A stretch of DNA of 64,000 bases, from sequence record LC647030.1. The stretch is one strand, 5' to 3'. Below the pieces are notes generated by a model. The model was not told where the DNA came from. It made no database searches and was given only the letters and a program-made list of their open reading frames with translations. This stretch comes from Staphylococcus phage vB_SsapH-Golestan-100. This document shows, one piece after another, positions 54,537 through 64,000 of this stretch; the stretch's first letter is position 1; every line of letters starts with the position of its first letter. The translations under genes and the position numbers were made by a program.

Positions 54537-55427
54537 ATGAAAACATTAGCTATTTTAAATAAGGGATTGCCTGATAGCTATTATGTACCCTACTTATTAA
54601 GAGAGGAAGAAGCAGAGATACACTATCGTTATAAGTTTGACTTTAAAGACCTAACTAAAGAGAACCTAGACAACGTAGATAAGATTGTTCTCTTTGGGTT
54701 TCCTTACAAAGAAAAACGTGATAGAAGACCTGTAAATCAAGTAGAAAGTACATATAGAGGTATGGAGATTGTACACACGTGCAGTTATGGTGACATGATA
54801 CCTGACCAACGCTCTTATGTAGACAACTCTGTTAAAGCACCTATACATCACTTAGCTTTACTTTTAGGTGTAGAAGCAGACACTATTGTAAATCTGTTAA
54901 ATAGTTATCATAAATATGATTTGTCTGATAGAATGGTATTGGTTGTTAGAGACCTACTAGAGACATACAAAGAAAGATTTATAGACATCTTTACTCAAGC
55001 AGAGTACAATGTAACTAACTTAATTAAACAGCATGTGTTTATCATAGAGCAAGTACATAAACAAAGACAGGAATACCTTGCACATAAACAACAGTCAGCT
55101 CAGATTTATAACAAAGATGATGTGGGTATTGCTTTTCTTTATGCAGAACGCTTTACAAATGAGGTAGCTCATGCTATAATGAATAATACCAGCTTAAGTC
55201 AGTACAGCAAGAAGGTTGTAATCGTAGGTAAGCATTTACCTAAGTCTGACAAGTTAGTAGTTAGAACAGAGAATATATCAGCTGATGCTATAGCTAGAAT
55301 TATCAATCCTGATAATGGTAGAGGAAACTCATATGCCTCTAGCGTGTACTTCAGTCCTGTAAATTCAATGATAGGTGATAAGCTGTTCGAGTATTTAACA
55401 ACTAGAGAAGACATAACAAAATTTTAA
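54537..55427 (+). CDS. hypothetical protein (296 aa)
   Basis: RBS AAAAGGAGGAG. Confidence 0.5.
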   Translation: MKTLAILNKGLPDSYYVPYLLREEEAEIHYRYKFDFKDLTKENLDNVDKIVLFGFPYKEKRDRRPVNQVESTYRGMEIVHTCSYGDMIPDQRSYVDNSVKAPIHHLALLLGVEADTIVNLLNSYHKYDLSDRMVLVVRDLLETYKERFIDIFTQAEYNVTNLIKQHVFIIEQVHKQRQEYLAHKQQSAQIYNKDDVGIAFLYAERFTNEVAHAIMNNTSLSQYSKKVVIVGKHLPKSDKLVVRTENISADAIARIINPDNGRGNSYASSVYFSPVNSMIGDKLFEYLTTREDITKF

Positions 55428-55456
55428 ATAAAACATAATCAGGAGGAATTTTCTTT

Positions 55457-56716
55457 ATGGAAATGGAAAAACAGTATGCAATAATTTTTGGAGTGTTATT
55501 AGCTACAGAAAATAAAATCACATCAGCAAAGGTTAACAAGATAGCAGTAAATAAACTAGGGTATGAACGTATGCCTGCATTAGAGATACAAGAACTATAC
55601 AACGACTTAGCTAATGACCCCACTTATGATGAAATCATTACAAAAGCTATCCAAGGGGAATATAAGTTAGAGGACTTGAGAGACTATAAGTCAGAGCAGG
55701 TATTTGAGTCTAATGACTACATTAATGAGGTAACACCATCTATTATTGCACAGGAAGAACAGCGTGCTTCTATGAGGCACTTTAATAAGGTAATGAAGAG
55801 TGGAGCTTATATGGCATCACTAATGAATAACCTTAAAGTAGACCTAGAGGATGCATTCAGTGACTTTGATGTCGTTGAATATAAAAAACCTGAAGTGGTT
55901 AACTTTGTAGAAGATGATTCAGAGACTATGGTTCTTACTTTGTCTGACTTTCATGTAGGGTTTGCATTTACTGACTCTTTATCAGATGGGTATAACTTTG
56001 AGGTACTTAAAAAACGTTTAAAAACTTACTTAGATAGAGTACATGAAATGATTGCTGATAGAAATATCTCAAACTTCCGTATCTACTTTGTAGGAGACCT
56101 TATTGAACACGTTTCTATGAGAAATGTTAACCAAGCATTTGAGACAGAGTTTACATTATCTGAACAGATTGCTAAAGGTATTAGGTTACTATCTGACATC
56201 ATTGAAGACCTTAACAAGTATGGTAACGTTACTTTTAGTATCGTCCATGGTAATCATGATAGACTACAAGGTAATAAAAATGATAAGATTTACAATGATA
56301 GCGTAGCTTACATTGCTTTAGACCAACTATTATTCTTACAAGAACATGGTGCTTTCCAAGGGGTAAACATTATAGATAACAGAAAAGACATTCACAACGC
56401 AGTTGATACAGTATACAACTATAACATTGCTTTAAATCACGGTGAGTCTTTACCTAATAAGAAACCTGTAATGCACAAGTTACCTAACAGTCAGTCTGTA
56501 GACATCTTAATTACTGGTCATGTACACCACTTCTATGTTATTCAAGAGAACAAGCATAGCTTACATGTAGTTAACTCTAGCCCTATTGGGTATAATAACT
56601 ATTCCAAAGAGCATATGTTTGGTTATACAAGCCCTAGTCAAACAGTTATGATTTTATCAGACAATGAAAAACGCTCACCTGAGATAATTCCAGTATTCTT
56701 GAATGGAGATGCTTAA
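55457..56716 (+). CDS. calcineurin-like metallophosphoesterase, SbcD/Mre11-like nuclease type
   Basis: LSDFHVG, YFVGDLIEH, VHGNHDR and ITGHVHHF give the D-H / GD / GNHD / GHxH motif series, preceded by an N-terminal extension of about 150 aa. Confidence 0.55.
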   Translation: MEMEKQYAIIFGVLLATENKITSAKVNKIAVNKLGYERMPALEIQELYNDLANDPTYDEIITKAIQGEYKLEDLRDYKSEQVFESNDYINEVTPSIIAQEEQRASMRHFNKVMKSGAYMASLMNNLKVDLEDAFSDFDVVEYKKPEVVNFVEDDSETMVLTLSDFHVGFAFTDSLSDGYNFEVLKKRLKTYLDRVHEMIADRNISNFRIYFVGDLIEHVSMRNVNQAFETEFTLSEQIAKGIRLLSDIIEDLNKYGNVTFSIVHGNHDRLQGNKNDKIYNDSVAYIALDQLLFLQEHGAFQGVNIIDNRKDIHNAVDTVYNYNIALNHGESLPNKKPVMHKLPNSQSVDILITGHVHHFYVIQENKHSLHVVNSSPIGYNNYSKEHMFGYTSPSQTVMILSDNEKRSPEIIPVFLNGDA

Positions 56717-56717
56717 T

Positions 56718-57083
56718 ATGGTATTGGTAGAACTAGTTATCTTAATAACATTATTACTACAGCGTGTTACCTTCATGCTGTCATCCATCTTTGCTGACAT
56801 ATCTAACAGCAGGATGTTAAAAGAGCAGGGTGGTAATGGTTTAACAGCCTACCACTTTGTCAATACTTTACTAAGAGAAGGGTTATGTATGGTAGGTCTA
56901 GTTGTCGGCTACTTTATACTAGTAGTGATACCTCCTGCCTTAACTATGAATAGCTTAATATTTGTACTATTAAAAATAGTATTTATTATGCTTATAGGCT
57001 CCTTATTTAGAATTGTATATATCCTAATCATGTCTATCGCACAAGCAAACTATATGAAAAAACAAAGTCAAAGCCAAGATTAA
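56718..57083 (+). CDS. polytopic membrane protein
   Basis: The start was moved to the ATG (MVLVELV…) 9 nt after GGAG. The sequence is strongly hydrophobic. Confidence 0.45.
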   Translation: MVLVELVILITLLLQRVTFMLSSIFADISNSRMLKEQGGNGLTAYHFVNTLLREGLCMVGLVVGYFILVVIPPALTMNSLIFVLLKIVFIMLIGSLFRIVYILIMSIAQANYMKKQSQSQD

Positions 57084-57158
57084 TTTCTTGGTTTTTTGTT
57101 TACTTATATTAATATGTATGGTATACTATTAATAATACTAAAGGAAGGAAGATAGTGT

Positions 57159-57677
57159 ATGAAAATTAATATTAAGAATAGCAAGTCACCTGCTACACTC
57201 ATGCAACGAGGTATCCTTTACTTTAAAGGAAAGCCTTTTTATATTGTAGAGATACCTGAAGATGACAAAGGTATTGTTATTGTTTATGGTGTTGCAGATG
57301 TTGAAGATGGTAAAGAGCCTATCAAAGATTTTACAATAGAACAACAAACTACTGGTATTGTAGGAGGTACAGCTTTAAGTGATGCACTAAAGAAAGTATT
57401 ACCTAGAACAACTGGTAAGAAAATAAGAAGAACTAACCCACCACTATTTATAGCACCTATCGTACCTGGTGTAGATACAGTTACAGGTAAAGAAGGTCTA
57501 GGATTCTTTGAGAGAGAACCAAGCACGTGGGATTATGCAAAAAAAGAAATGATAGAAGAGAAGATAACAATGGTATTTATCTCCTTAGAGTCTATTGAAT
57601 GGGTCAAAACTTATATTACACCTACAGCTATTCTAAAAGATGAGTTAGCTAAAAAAGGTAGTGACATGTGGTTATGA
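57159..57677 (+). CDS. hypothetical protein (172 aa)
   Basis: RBS AAGGAAGGAAG. Confidence 0.5.
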   Translation: MKINIKNSKSPATLMQRGILYFKGKPFYIVEIPEDDKGIVIVYGVADVEDGKEPIKDFTIEQQTTGIVGGTALSDALKKVLPRTTGKKIRRTNPPLFIAPIVPGVDTVTGKEGLGFFEREPSTWDYAKKEMIEEKITMVFISLESIEWVKTYITPTAILKDELAKKGSDMWL

Positions 57678-58492
57678 GAGTAAAAAAAGATAAGTATAGA
57701 AGTGAGTTTGTGGATAATGAAAAAGAAGTTAAGAAAGCTAAAGAAGAACGCTACTATGAACAGGACATAAAAGATGGGTTACTCTACTTATCTCACATGT
57801 TTGAGAGAGAAGAAGGGCTAGTTAAAGATGATGACCTTAGGGTTGCAATCTTTGAGAAAGCAATTATGAGAGGTAAATGTATCATGGATTGTTTAATGAT
57901 AGACACTGAAGGAACTTCTATAGGTCTAGAGATTAAAACAGAAAGAGACTCTACCACTCGACTTAATAAACAACTACGTATGTATAGCTTAGTTTGTGAG
58001 TATGTATACGTAGTTTGTCATGATGACTTTATTGAGAAGGTAGAGCAAGTAATAAAAAGATACAAACATAATCATGTAGGTATTATCAGTTACATCTCTT
58101 TTGAGGGAGAGCCTATATTTGGTAAATACAAACAAGCTCTGCCTTCCCCAATACACTCTAACTATCACATGTTAGATGTTTTATGGAAAGCTGAATTGAT
58201 ACGTATGCATGGTAAAGATAGATTTAAAAACAACTCATCATCTAAAGATAAAGTTATGCCTCACGACAAACTAAGACATGAAGCACGTGGTATGTTAAAT
58301 AACTCATTAAGAAAACCCGCTATCATTCAAGACATGATTGGTGTAAGAAATGATAAACAACTAAAAGCATTATTTGGTAAGGCAATGGTATTAGGTATCA
58401 AGGACTCTGAGAAACAAGTGTCTAAACATCCTTTCCAATACCGTAAACCTGCTGAATTGAAGTACAGAGGAGATTTCAATGATGAACTATAA
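57668..58492 (+). CDS. putative PD-(D/E)XK-like nuclease
   Basis: …CLMIDTEGTSIGLEIKT… fits a D…E-x-K core. The exact start is uncertain. Confidence 0.35.
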   Translation: MVMRVKKDKYRSEFVDNEKEVKKAKEERYYEQDIKDGLLYLSHMFEREEGLVKDDDLRVAIFEKAIMRGKCIMDCLMIDTEGTSIGLEIKTERDSTTRLNKQLRMYSLVCEYVYVVCHDDFIEKVEQVIKRYKHNHVGIISYISFEGEPIFGKYKQALPSPIHSNYHMLDVLWKAELIRMHGKDRFKNNSSSKDKVMPHDKLRHEARGMLNNSLRKPAIIQDMIGVRNDKQLKALFGKAMVLGIKDSEKQVSKHPFQYRKPAELKYRGDFNDEL

Positions 58493-59804
58493 AAATATGA
58501 ATAAAGGCAAGTCCTCTCACTATTCAACTAAACGTGTTTTAGCTAGGTATAAAAACAGTGGTGTAGGCTCTAACAGAACAATGGCACACCCTAAAACAAG
58601 AGAAAAAGGTAAGTATACGCTAGTGTGTACCAAGATGTTTGATAAACTAACAGATGCTCAAATGGAATTAAAAGAGAAATATGCTCTTGACATTGTAGCT
58701 AACTATAGTACAATTAATCGTAAGTACTTACATCTCAAACAGTATGCCTCAGATAGTACCTTAACAACAGATACATTGAGTTACTATGTAAAATATGGTA
58801 ATGTTGTAATAGGCAAGGTAAGTATAAGACAGCAGTATACATTTAAAAAAGACATATTAATTATATCATTCAAACAGAAAGGTCGACGAATAGTGTTAGG
58901 ATTAAAAGCAAAAGACCACAATACAACATTTTCACAATTAAATAAAGATTTAAATAGTAAAGAATTAGTAGGAGTGAGATTAGATTCTGATAGTGCTATA
59001 GGTATTAGAGCAGAACCTGCTTTGATTGAGCCTGTTATAGATGGTAAATCCTTCTCAACACAAGTGCTATTAACACCTACAAAAGCTCAGTTAGGAATGC
59101 TTAGAGATTTAAATGGTAGCTTAATAGACAGTGGTGTAGGCTCTATACTGTGGACTAAACAAGATACCTATACTCCTATGGATTCAGAGACAGGAGAGGA
59201 AGTAAGAAGTGCAGGTTCTATAGGAAGCTTCCAAGATGTATCTAGAGCTTTAGAAATTACAGATGAATTGACATACGACTGTAACGCTTTATTACTATTT
59301 GATAGTGAGAAGCAGATGAAAAAGACAACTTACAAGGTAACTAAGGGCATAGAGCTGACAGTATACATGTTTACAGTAACTTACTTAGACACTTATGTTA
59401 CGTTATATATAGCTTTAATGGAGAAAGAGTATGATGGTCAAACATTACTAGGTTCTTTAGGTGGAAAGACCTTAAAGAGATTAGAAACAATCAAGTTTTT
59501 AAAAGTAATTGAAGATAGTGCTTTCTTTGGTAGACGTATTATAGGAGTTATGATGGAAAGTAAGAATGGTACTAAACATAGATTGCTAGATACGACAGAC
59601 TTAGGTATTGTAGCTAGGGTAGCTGACATTGATAGTTTAGATGAGGAACCATATGTAGCTATATTTAGTGGTGAATCTAACTTAATGTTTAAACATACTT
59701 CTATTAAAAACTCAGATTTTGTAGAAGTAGATAAGTATACTAGAGCCTACAAATTAGTCATAAATCTTCAAAATGGAGAGCAAATAGAAGTGTATTTTGG
59801 TTAA
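58479..59804 (+). CDS. hypothetical protein (441 aa)
   Basis: RBS AGAGGAG. No recognisable motif. Confidence 0.5.
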   Translation: MMNYKNMNKGKSSHYSTKRVLARYKNSGVGSNRTMAHPKTREKGKYTLVCTKMFDKLTDAQMELKEKYALDIVANYSTINRKYLHLKQYASDSTLTTDTLSYYVKYGNVVIGKVSIRQQYTFKKDILIISFKQKGRRIVLGLKAKDHNTTFSQLNKDLNSKELVGVRLDSDSAIGIRAEPALIEPVIDGKSFSTQVLLTPTKAQLGMLRDLNGSLIDSGVGSILWTKQDTYTPMDSETGEEVRSAGSIGSFQDVSRALEITDELTYDCNALLLFDSEKQMKKTTYKVTKGIELTVYMFTVTYLDTYVTLYIALMEKEYDGQTLLGSLGGKTLKRLETIKFLKVIEDSAFFGRRIIGVMMESKNGTKHRLLDTTDLGIVARVADIDSLDEEPYVAIFSGESNLMFKHTSIKNSDFVEVDKYTRAYKLVINLQNGEQIEVYFG

Positions 59805-59815
59805 AGTCCAGCATT

Positions 59816-59853
59816 GCATACTGGTTATACTACACTAATCAGTATGCTTTTAT
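59816..59853 (+). terminator. rho-independent terminator
   Basis: GCATACTG-(16-nt loop)-CAGTATGC followed by TTTTAT. Confidence 0.5.
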
Positions 59854-59984
59854 AATCTTGTTTCAGAGTTGTTATATTATTTATGATGAAACGGAAAGAC
59901 CTATTACTTTTTTCTATGGGTTTTTCATTTTACATAATAAAAATGTTATATACATAACAGTAGGGTTTTCTACTATAGACCCCC

Positions 59985-60050
59985 AATTTATGAAATATAA
60001 CAAATTTTTATAGTTAAGACCTTTAATCATTATGAAATACTATGAAATGC
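59985..60050 (+). promoter_or_regulatory. three TATGAAAT(A/G) repeats, two in tandem one helical turn apart, in an AT-rich leader
   Basis: TATGAAAT occurs at 59989, 60031 and 60041, upstream of the gene starting at 60139. Candidate operator sites. Confidence 0.3.
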
Positions 60051-60138
60051 GATAATATAAGGGTTTGAATAACTATTGTTTTTATTGTGTTTTACTGTTA
60101 CAATTAAAACAACTAAAAATAGAAGAGGAGTCAATAGT

Positions 60139-61059
60139 ATGTCAAGAAAAAAGCTACGTATTAAAGGGCAAGAAGAGAATAAAGAACCAAATAAAAAGGA
60201 TGTTGAGGAAGAATTAAATGAAGATAGTAACAAAGATGGGTGGGAAGATGTAACAGAAGACATCACAGAAGACCTATCTTCATTCCTAGAAGACTATAAA
60301 GAGCGCTTAGATGAAGCTCAAAGTTCAGAAGAAGAAAAGGAAGAAGAGGAGGAAGAGGAGGAAGAACCTAAAAAGAAAGCAGGGAGAGAAAGCTTAATCC
60401 AAAAGCTTTATGACAACAAACCATTAAGAGCTAAAGTTGATAATGCTTTGGATGAAGGTCGTTCTTACAGTTATATTATTAGCTTATGTGAGCGTTATGA
60501 CTTAGAGCTATCTAAAGCTTCTATAACTAGATACAAACAGAAACGACAAGAATCATTGGAAACAGGTATGGATTTAGGTGAGCTTATAGATGGTAGAAAG
60601 CCTTCTAGTAAAATAGTTAGTATTTTAGATAGAGAGGCAGACTCTAGCAAGGTAGGGGACATGCTAAGCCATTATGATGGTTCTTTTGACAAGTTTGAAA
60701 AAACAGTGAGTGACATAGAAGTCTTAGAGGCTGTGATAGATAAAGGATTTAGAACCATTCAAACTGTGGATTATGTAGATGCACCTATTATGATGAAAGC
60801 TATTGAACTGCGTGCTAAATTAACGGGAAACAAACTTCAAGGATTAACCTTAAATGCTATGAAAGAAATACAGTTAAAACAAGTAGCTAAAGAATCAGCT
60901 ATGATTGAAGCTATGATGGAACATGTACCTGAAGAGTTACATGAAGTAATATTAGATGCAATGAAAGAAAAAGAAGAAGAGTTCTATAGAAATATGGACT
61001 TAACTGATGAAGGTAAAAGATTAATGAAAGCTGTAGAGAATACAGACATAAGACTATAG
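60139..61059 (+). CDS. highly acidic Glu-rich protein
   Basis: The start was moved to the ATG (MSRKKLRIKGQ…) after AGAAGAGGAG. Contains a poly-E stretch EEKEEEEEEEEEP. Confidence 0.5.
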   Translation: MSRKKLRIKGQEENKEPNKKDVEEELNEDSNKDGWEDVTEDITEDLSSFLEDYKERLDEAQSSEEEKEEEEEEEEEPKKKAGRESLIQKLYDNKPLRAKVDNALDEGRSYSYIISLCERYDLELSKASITRYKQKRQESLETGMDLGELIDGRKPSSKIVSILDREADSSKVGDMLSHYDGSFDKFEKTVSDIEVLEAVIDKGFRTIQTVDYVDAPIMMKAIELRAKLTGNKLQGLTLNAMKEIQLKQVAKESAMIEAMMEHVPEELHEVILDAMKEKEEEFYRNMDLTDEGKRLMKAVENTDIRL

Positions 61060-61070
61060 GGGGACTAAGT

Positions 61071-61562
61071 ATGCCATTTACTAAAGAACAAATTGAAGAT
61101 GATTATAAAGAACTACTTACACCTAAGAAATTAACATCTATTGTAGAGATTATAGATACGCTATATACCAAAGGTGAGACAATCAGGATTATTGGTGCTG
61201 AACGTTCAAAAAAAGATGTTTTAGTTAGAGTAAGTGATGATGATTATCAATATACTATGACTTCTTTAGAATCTTATAAAGATGATGTCGATACATTCTT
61301 CCAAAAATACTGGACAGTATCAGACATTACGTTAAATACTTTGAAAAAGTTTGATGTTTTCCTTGACAAAACATTTATTAAGTATTATACTAACATAAGA
61401 GTTGGAGATAAGGTAGTTTATAACAGAGCTGATACAGGAGAAACTGATGTAGCACTGGTTACAGCAATATACCAACATTTAGTTAATGAATCAGACTATC
61501 TGTTTGAATTATCAGGAGATGAGTATCTCTACCAATCAGAAGAAGTAAAACTTCAAAAATAG
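61071..61562 (+). CDS. hypothetical protein (163 aa)
   Basis: RBS ATAGGGGGAC. Confidence 0.5.
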   Translation: MPFTKEQIEDDYKELLTPKKLTSIVEIIDTLYTKGETIRIIGAERSKKDVLVRVSDDDYQYTMTSLESYKDDVDTFFQKYWTVSDITLNTLKKFDVFLDKTFIKYYTNIRVGDKVVYNRADTGETDVALVTAIYQHLVNESDYLFELSGDEYLYQSEEVKLQK

Positions 61563-61573
61563 GAGGAATAGTT

Positions 61574-62029
61574 ATGGACATTGAAGTAAATAAAAAACAT
61601 TTAGCAAAGATTAGCGATGAGAAAAAGTTATCAGTAAAAGATAAGCATCAAAAAACTAATAAGAGTAAAGGCAAGGAAGTTGACATTTGTAACTCTTACA
61701 TTAAAGGAACTCCTTTTAAAACAATTGCAGAAGACTTTAGCATATCTGCTGGTCAGTTGTATACGATTCTTAGGAAGAACAACGTACCTCAGAGAAGAGA
61801 AAGTAGAACTTATGAAAAAGTAAAATACATCTTGAATGATGAGAATAGATTAAAGCAGTTTTTAAAGGATTATGAAAACTCTTCTTTAGAGTTTGTAATG
61901 TGGACACATAAATTAAAACGTAATCAAGTTTACTACATCTTAGATAGCTTAAACGTAGACCGTAAACGTAATATCGTAAGAACTAGTAGCGCTAATAATG
62001 CAAATGGTGGTTCTAGAAAAACAAAATAG
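61574..62029 (+). CDS. putative HTH DNA-binding protein
   Basis: RBS ATAGGAGGAAT. …CNSYIKGTPFKTIAEDFSISAGQLYTILRKNNVPQRRE is HTH-like. Confidence 0.45.
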   Translation: MDIEVNKKHLAKISDEKKLSVKDKHQKTNKSKGKEVDICNSYIKGTPFKTIAEDFSISAGQLYTILRKNNVPQRRESRTYEKVKYILNDENRLKQFLKDYENSSLEFVMWTHKLKRNQVYYILDSLNVDRKRNIVRTSSANNANGGSRKTK

Positions 62030-62040
62030 GAGGAACTTAT

Positions 62041-62793
62041 ATGAGTCAAGAGTATGAAAGTTATAACGACATCATTAATAACCTACGCAATGGAAAAAAG
62101 AATATTGATAAACCAGTAGAAAGTAACCCTAAGCTAAATGCAGACTTAGTAGAAGAAGAGGTAGAAGTAGAAGACCTGGATGAGGGTCTATACTCATTAG
62201 ATGAGTTGGAAAGCAACTTGTTCAGCTCTAATGAGGTACTAGATTCTTGCCTTAGTGGTATTGAAACTTTTACTACTCAAGACGGTACAATTGAAGATGT
62301 TGTTATTGCTCCTGATGTAGAATCAGGTATCACTATCATTGGTTTGAATGATGGCTTAGCTATAGACAATGGTATTAAAATGCCACATGCAACTAAACCT
62401 AGCTTGAAAAAGCTCTATAGACTTGTATACCCTCTATTCTTTATAGATGAAGTAGTAACTAATAATGACATGTGGGTTTCTCTATTAAAAGAGTTAATCC
62501 AAGGTGGTAAATTAAAACCTATATCTGAGATGGATGCAGAATTATATCAAACAATAGCACCGACAGATGAGTCTGTATTAATGACTACCTTATATACTAC
62601 AGATTTAAAGTTACTGGATAAGAAAGTATTAGAAAGTCAAATCGACAAGTTACTTACATCTTACCATTCTAGTAACAAAGAACAGATTCATAAAGAGCTA
62701 GAGGATAAAACTTCTTATTTAGACTCTGTAGATGACGACTACGTATTTTACCTACCCCTAACAGGACAAATCGTTGGTAGTGCTTTAAATTAA
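62041..62793 (+). CDS. hypothetical acidic protein (250 aa)
   Basis: RBS ATAGGAGGAAC. Confidence 0.5.
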   Translation: MSQEYESYNDIINNLRNGKKNIDKPVESNPKLNADLVEEEVEVEDLDEGLYSLDELESNLFSSNEVLDSCLSGIETFTTQDGTIEDVVIAPDVESGITIIGLNDGLAIDNGIKMPHATKPSLKKLYRLVYPLFFIDEVVTNNDMWVSLLKELIQGGKLKPISEMDAELYQTIAPTDESVLMTTLYTTDLKLLDKKVLESQIDKLLTSYHSSNKEQIHKELEDKTSYLDSVDDDYVFYLPLTGQIVGSALN

Positions 62794-62836
62794 GCACTTC
62801 AACGGTCTTCCTATATTAGTCTCTGAGGTGAGAGAA

Positions 62837-63250
62837 ATGGCTCAAAGACTAAAGAAGAAAAGCAATATCTTTAATCACATTCTACCCATATCTTTAGTGC
62901 TTATTACCTTAGCAATTGGGCTTTTTGTTTTTGCAAAGCAACCTGATAGCCACACCTCTGACAATGCAGGAACAGAAGTTACCAGTACAAGTGATGAAGG
63001 TGTTACGGTTATAAGAACTGTGCACTTAACAAAGCTAAGTGGAGGTATTGCTACTTTCGAGGAGGATATACCTGATTATGTCTATGGTAGAGTTAGTGAT
63101 AATAGCGTAGATACGACTTATTTTAAAGGCTCAGACTTTAGAGTAGGTAGTACATACAAGTTAACACGGACAACTGAAGACAGTGCAGGAGGCTCCTACG
63201 ATTTTAAGTATAGCTTCAGTAGGGTAGAAGGTGAAAGAGGTAATCATTAG
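62837..63250 (+). CDS. membrane-anchored protein
   Basis: ATG after GAGGTGAG. The ORF track starts at a GTG at 62828. N-terminal TM helix ILPISLVLITLAIGLFVFA. Confidence 0.45.
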   Translation: MAQRLKKKSNIFNHILPISLVLITLAIGLFVFAKQPDSHTSDNAGTEVTSTSDEGVTVIRTVHLTKLSGGIATFEEDIPDYVYGRVSDNSVDTTYFKGSDFRVGSTYKLTRTTEDSAGGSYDFKYSFSRVEGERGNH

Positions 63251-63283
63251 ATTACCTCTACTTTATTAAGGAGGGTAATTTAC

Positions 63284-63697
63284 ATGAAACTAATTATACA
63301 GAGTGACTTCTTTTCAGGTACTGTATTCCCTTATGCTCAAGAAACAACGTTAGTAGAAGTATATTGGGATAGAGAACAAGAAGAAAATGAGCGTACCAAA
63401 ACATTAACTTGTATCGTGAATGCAGACACCAAACCATTAATTAGTAGATTAAGCAAGGATTTAAATCAAGAAGAGACTGTCATTAAACAGTTTACCTCAG
63501 ACATTAAAGGTATGTTAAAATTTGATTTGTCATCAATGAATACCTATCATTATTATGGTACTCCCACCAATGAAAGGTCAAAAGAGTGGTTACAACATAA
63601 GTTTGAATTAAATGACAGTAATATTGTAAAGTATCATGTAGAATCATTGCTTTACGATAAGATAAAACAAGTTATTAAAGGTAAACTAGAGCTATAA
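63284..63697 (+). CDS. hypothetical protein (137 aa)
   Basis: RBS TTAAGGAGGGT. Confidence 0.5.
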   Translation: MKLIIQSDFFSGTVFPYAQETTLVEVYWDREQEENERTKTLTCIVNADTKPLISRLSKDLNQEETVIKQFTSDIKGMLKFDLSSMNTYHYYGTPTNERSKEWLQHKFELNDSNIVKYHVESLLYDKIKQVIKGKLEL

Positions 63698-63716
63698 AAT
63701 TGGGAGGCGTAATACA

Positions 63717-64000
63717 TGGAATCATTTATTAGAACTAAAGAATTAGTAGTTACTATGAGTAAGGTATTAAATCGTATGGGAGGTTTATTTACAAATTATT
63801 ATATCACTCACAAGAATGAGAATTATAATTTAGCTATCCATATACCTTTCATCGAACTTATTGAGGAAGAAGATTTACTAAATACTTATCGCACGAGATT
63901 AACTTATTTGTTAGTTGATAAAGAAGGAGTACTACACCCTATCACATCAGGTCTTGTAACATTTAGCTTACCTGAATATATCAGTAATGATGAAGAAGGT
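63717..64000 (+). CDS. hypothetical protein (5' part; continues beyond the window)
   Basis: RBS TTGGGAGGCG followed by an ATG at 63717. The frame is open to the window end. Confidence 0.4.

Noticed and set aside
1-64000. tRNA genes
   Set aside because: Manual scan of the intergenic regions, especially 19.9-20.3 kb, 34.9-35.3 kb, 50.4-50.9 kb and 59.8-60.1 kb, found no GTTC(G/A)A T-loop/acceptor-stem arrangement. A formal tRNAscan-SE run would be needed to be certain.

Overview
This window is a contiguous stretch of a large virulent phage of a low-GC Gram-positive host, about 30% GC with AGGAGG ribosome-binding sites throughout. The gene content looks like a Herelleviridae/Twort-like myovirus. 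A split IsaA/SceD-like transglycosylase points to Staphylococcus as host. The window opens with a replication and nucleotide-metabolism module on the + strand: an Hjc-like resolvase, a class Ib ribonucleotide reductase set (nrdI, nrdE, nrdF and an NrdH-like thioredoxin), an HU/TF1-like protein, an intron-free family-A DNA polymerase, a RecA/UvsX-like recombinase, a putative sigma factor and Big_2 (Ig-like) domain proteins. Four early-gene blocks of alternating polarity follow: a minus block at 20.3-34.9 kb, a plus block at 35.3-50.4 kb, a minus block at 50.9-53.6 kb and a plus block from 53.8 kb. They are full of small ORFs driven by TTGAC(A/T)-N17-TATAAT promoters and closed by rho-independent terminators. 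Recognisable accessory functions are a GIY-YIG endonuclease, a metallo-beta-lactamase-fold protein, PhoH, a Ser/Thr-type metallophosphatase, an XRE-family HTH, RNase H, a ThyA-family enzyme followed by a guanylate-kinase-fold dNMP kinase, a tandem YopX protein, a pentapeptide-repeat protein, an SbcD/Mre11-like phosphoesterase and a PD-(D/E)XK-like nuclease. No tRNA, CRISPR array, integrase or polymerase intron was found. The most interesting candidates are (1) a ThyA-like enzyme, a dNMP kinase and a TF1-like HU that together suggest SPO1-style thymine replacement; (2) the frameshifted isaA-like gene with an orphan N-domain paralog; (3) pentapeptide-repeat and highly acidic possible DNA-mimic early proteins; (4) an MBL-fold candidate anti-defence enzyme; (5) a family of promoter/5'UTR repeats with a covarying hairpin; (6) promoter -35 hexamers embedded in terminator hairpin loops; and (7) two structured non-coding islands, one pyrimidine-rich and one G-tract rich.
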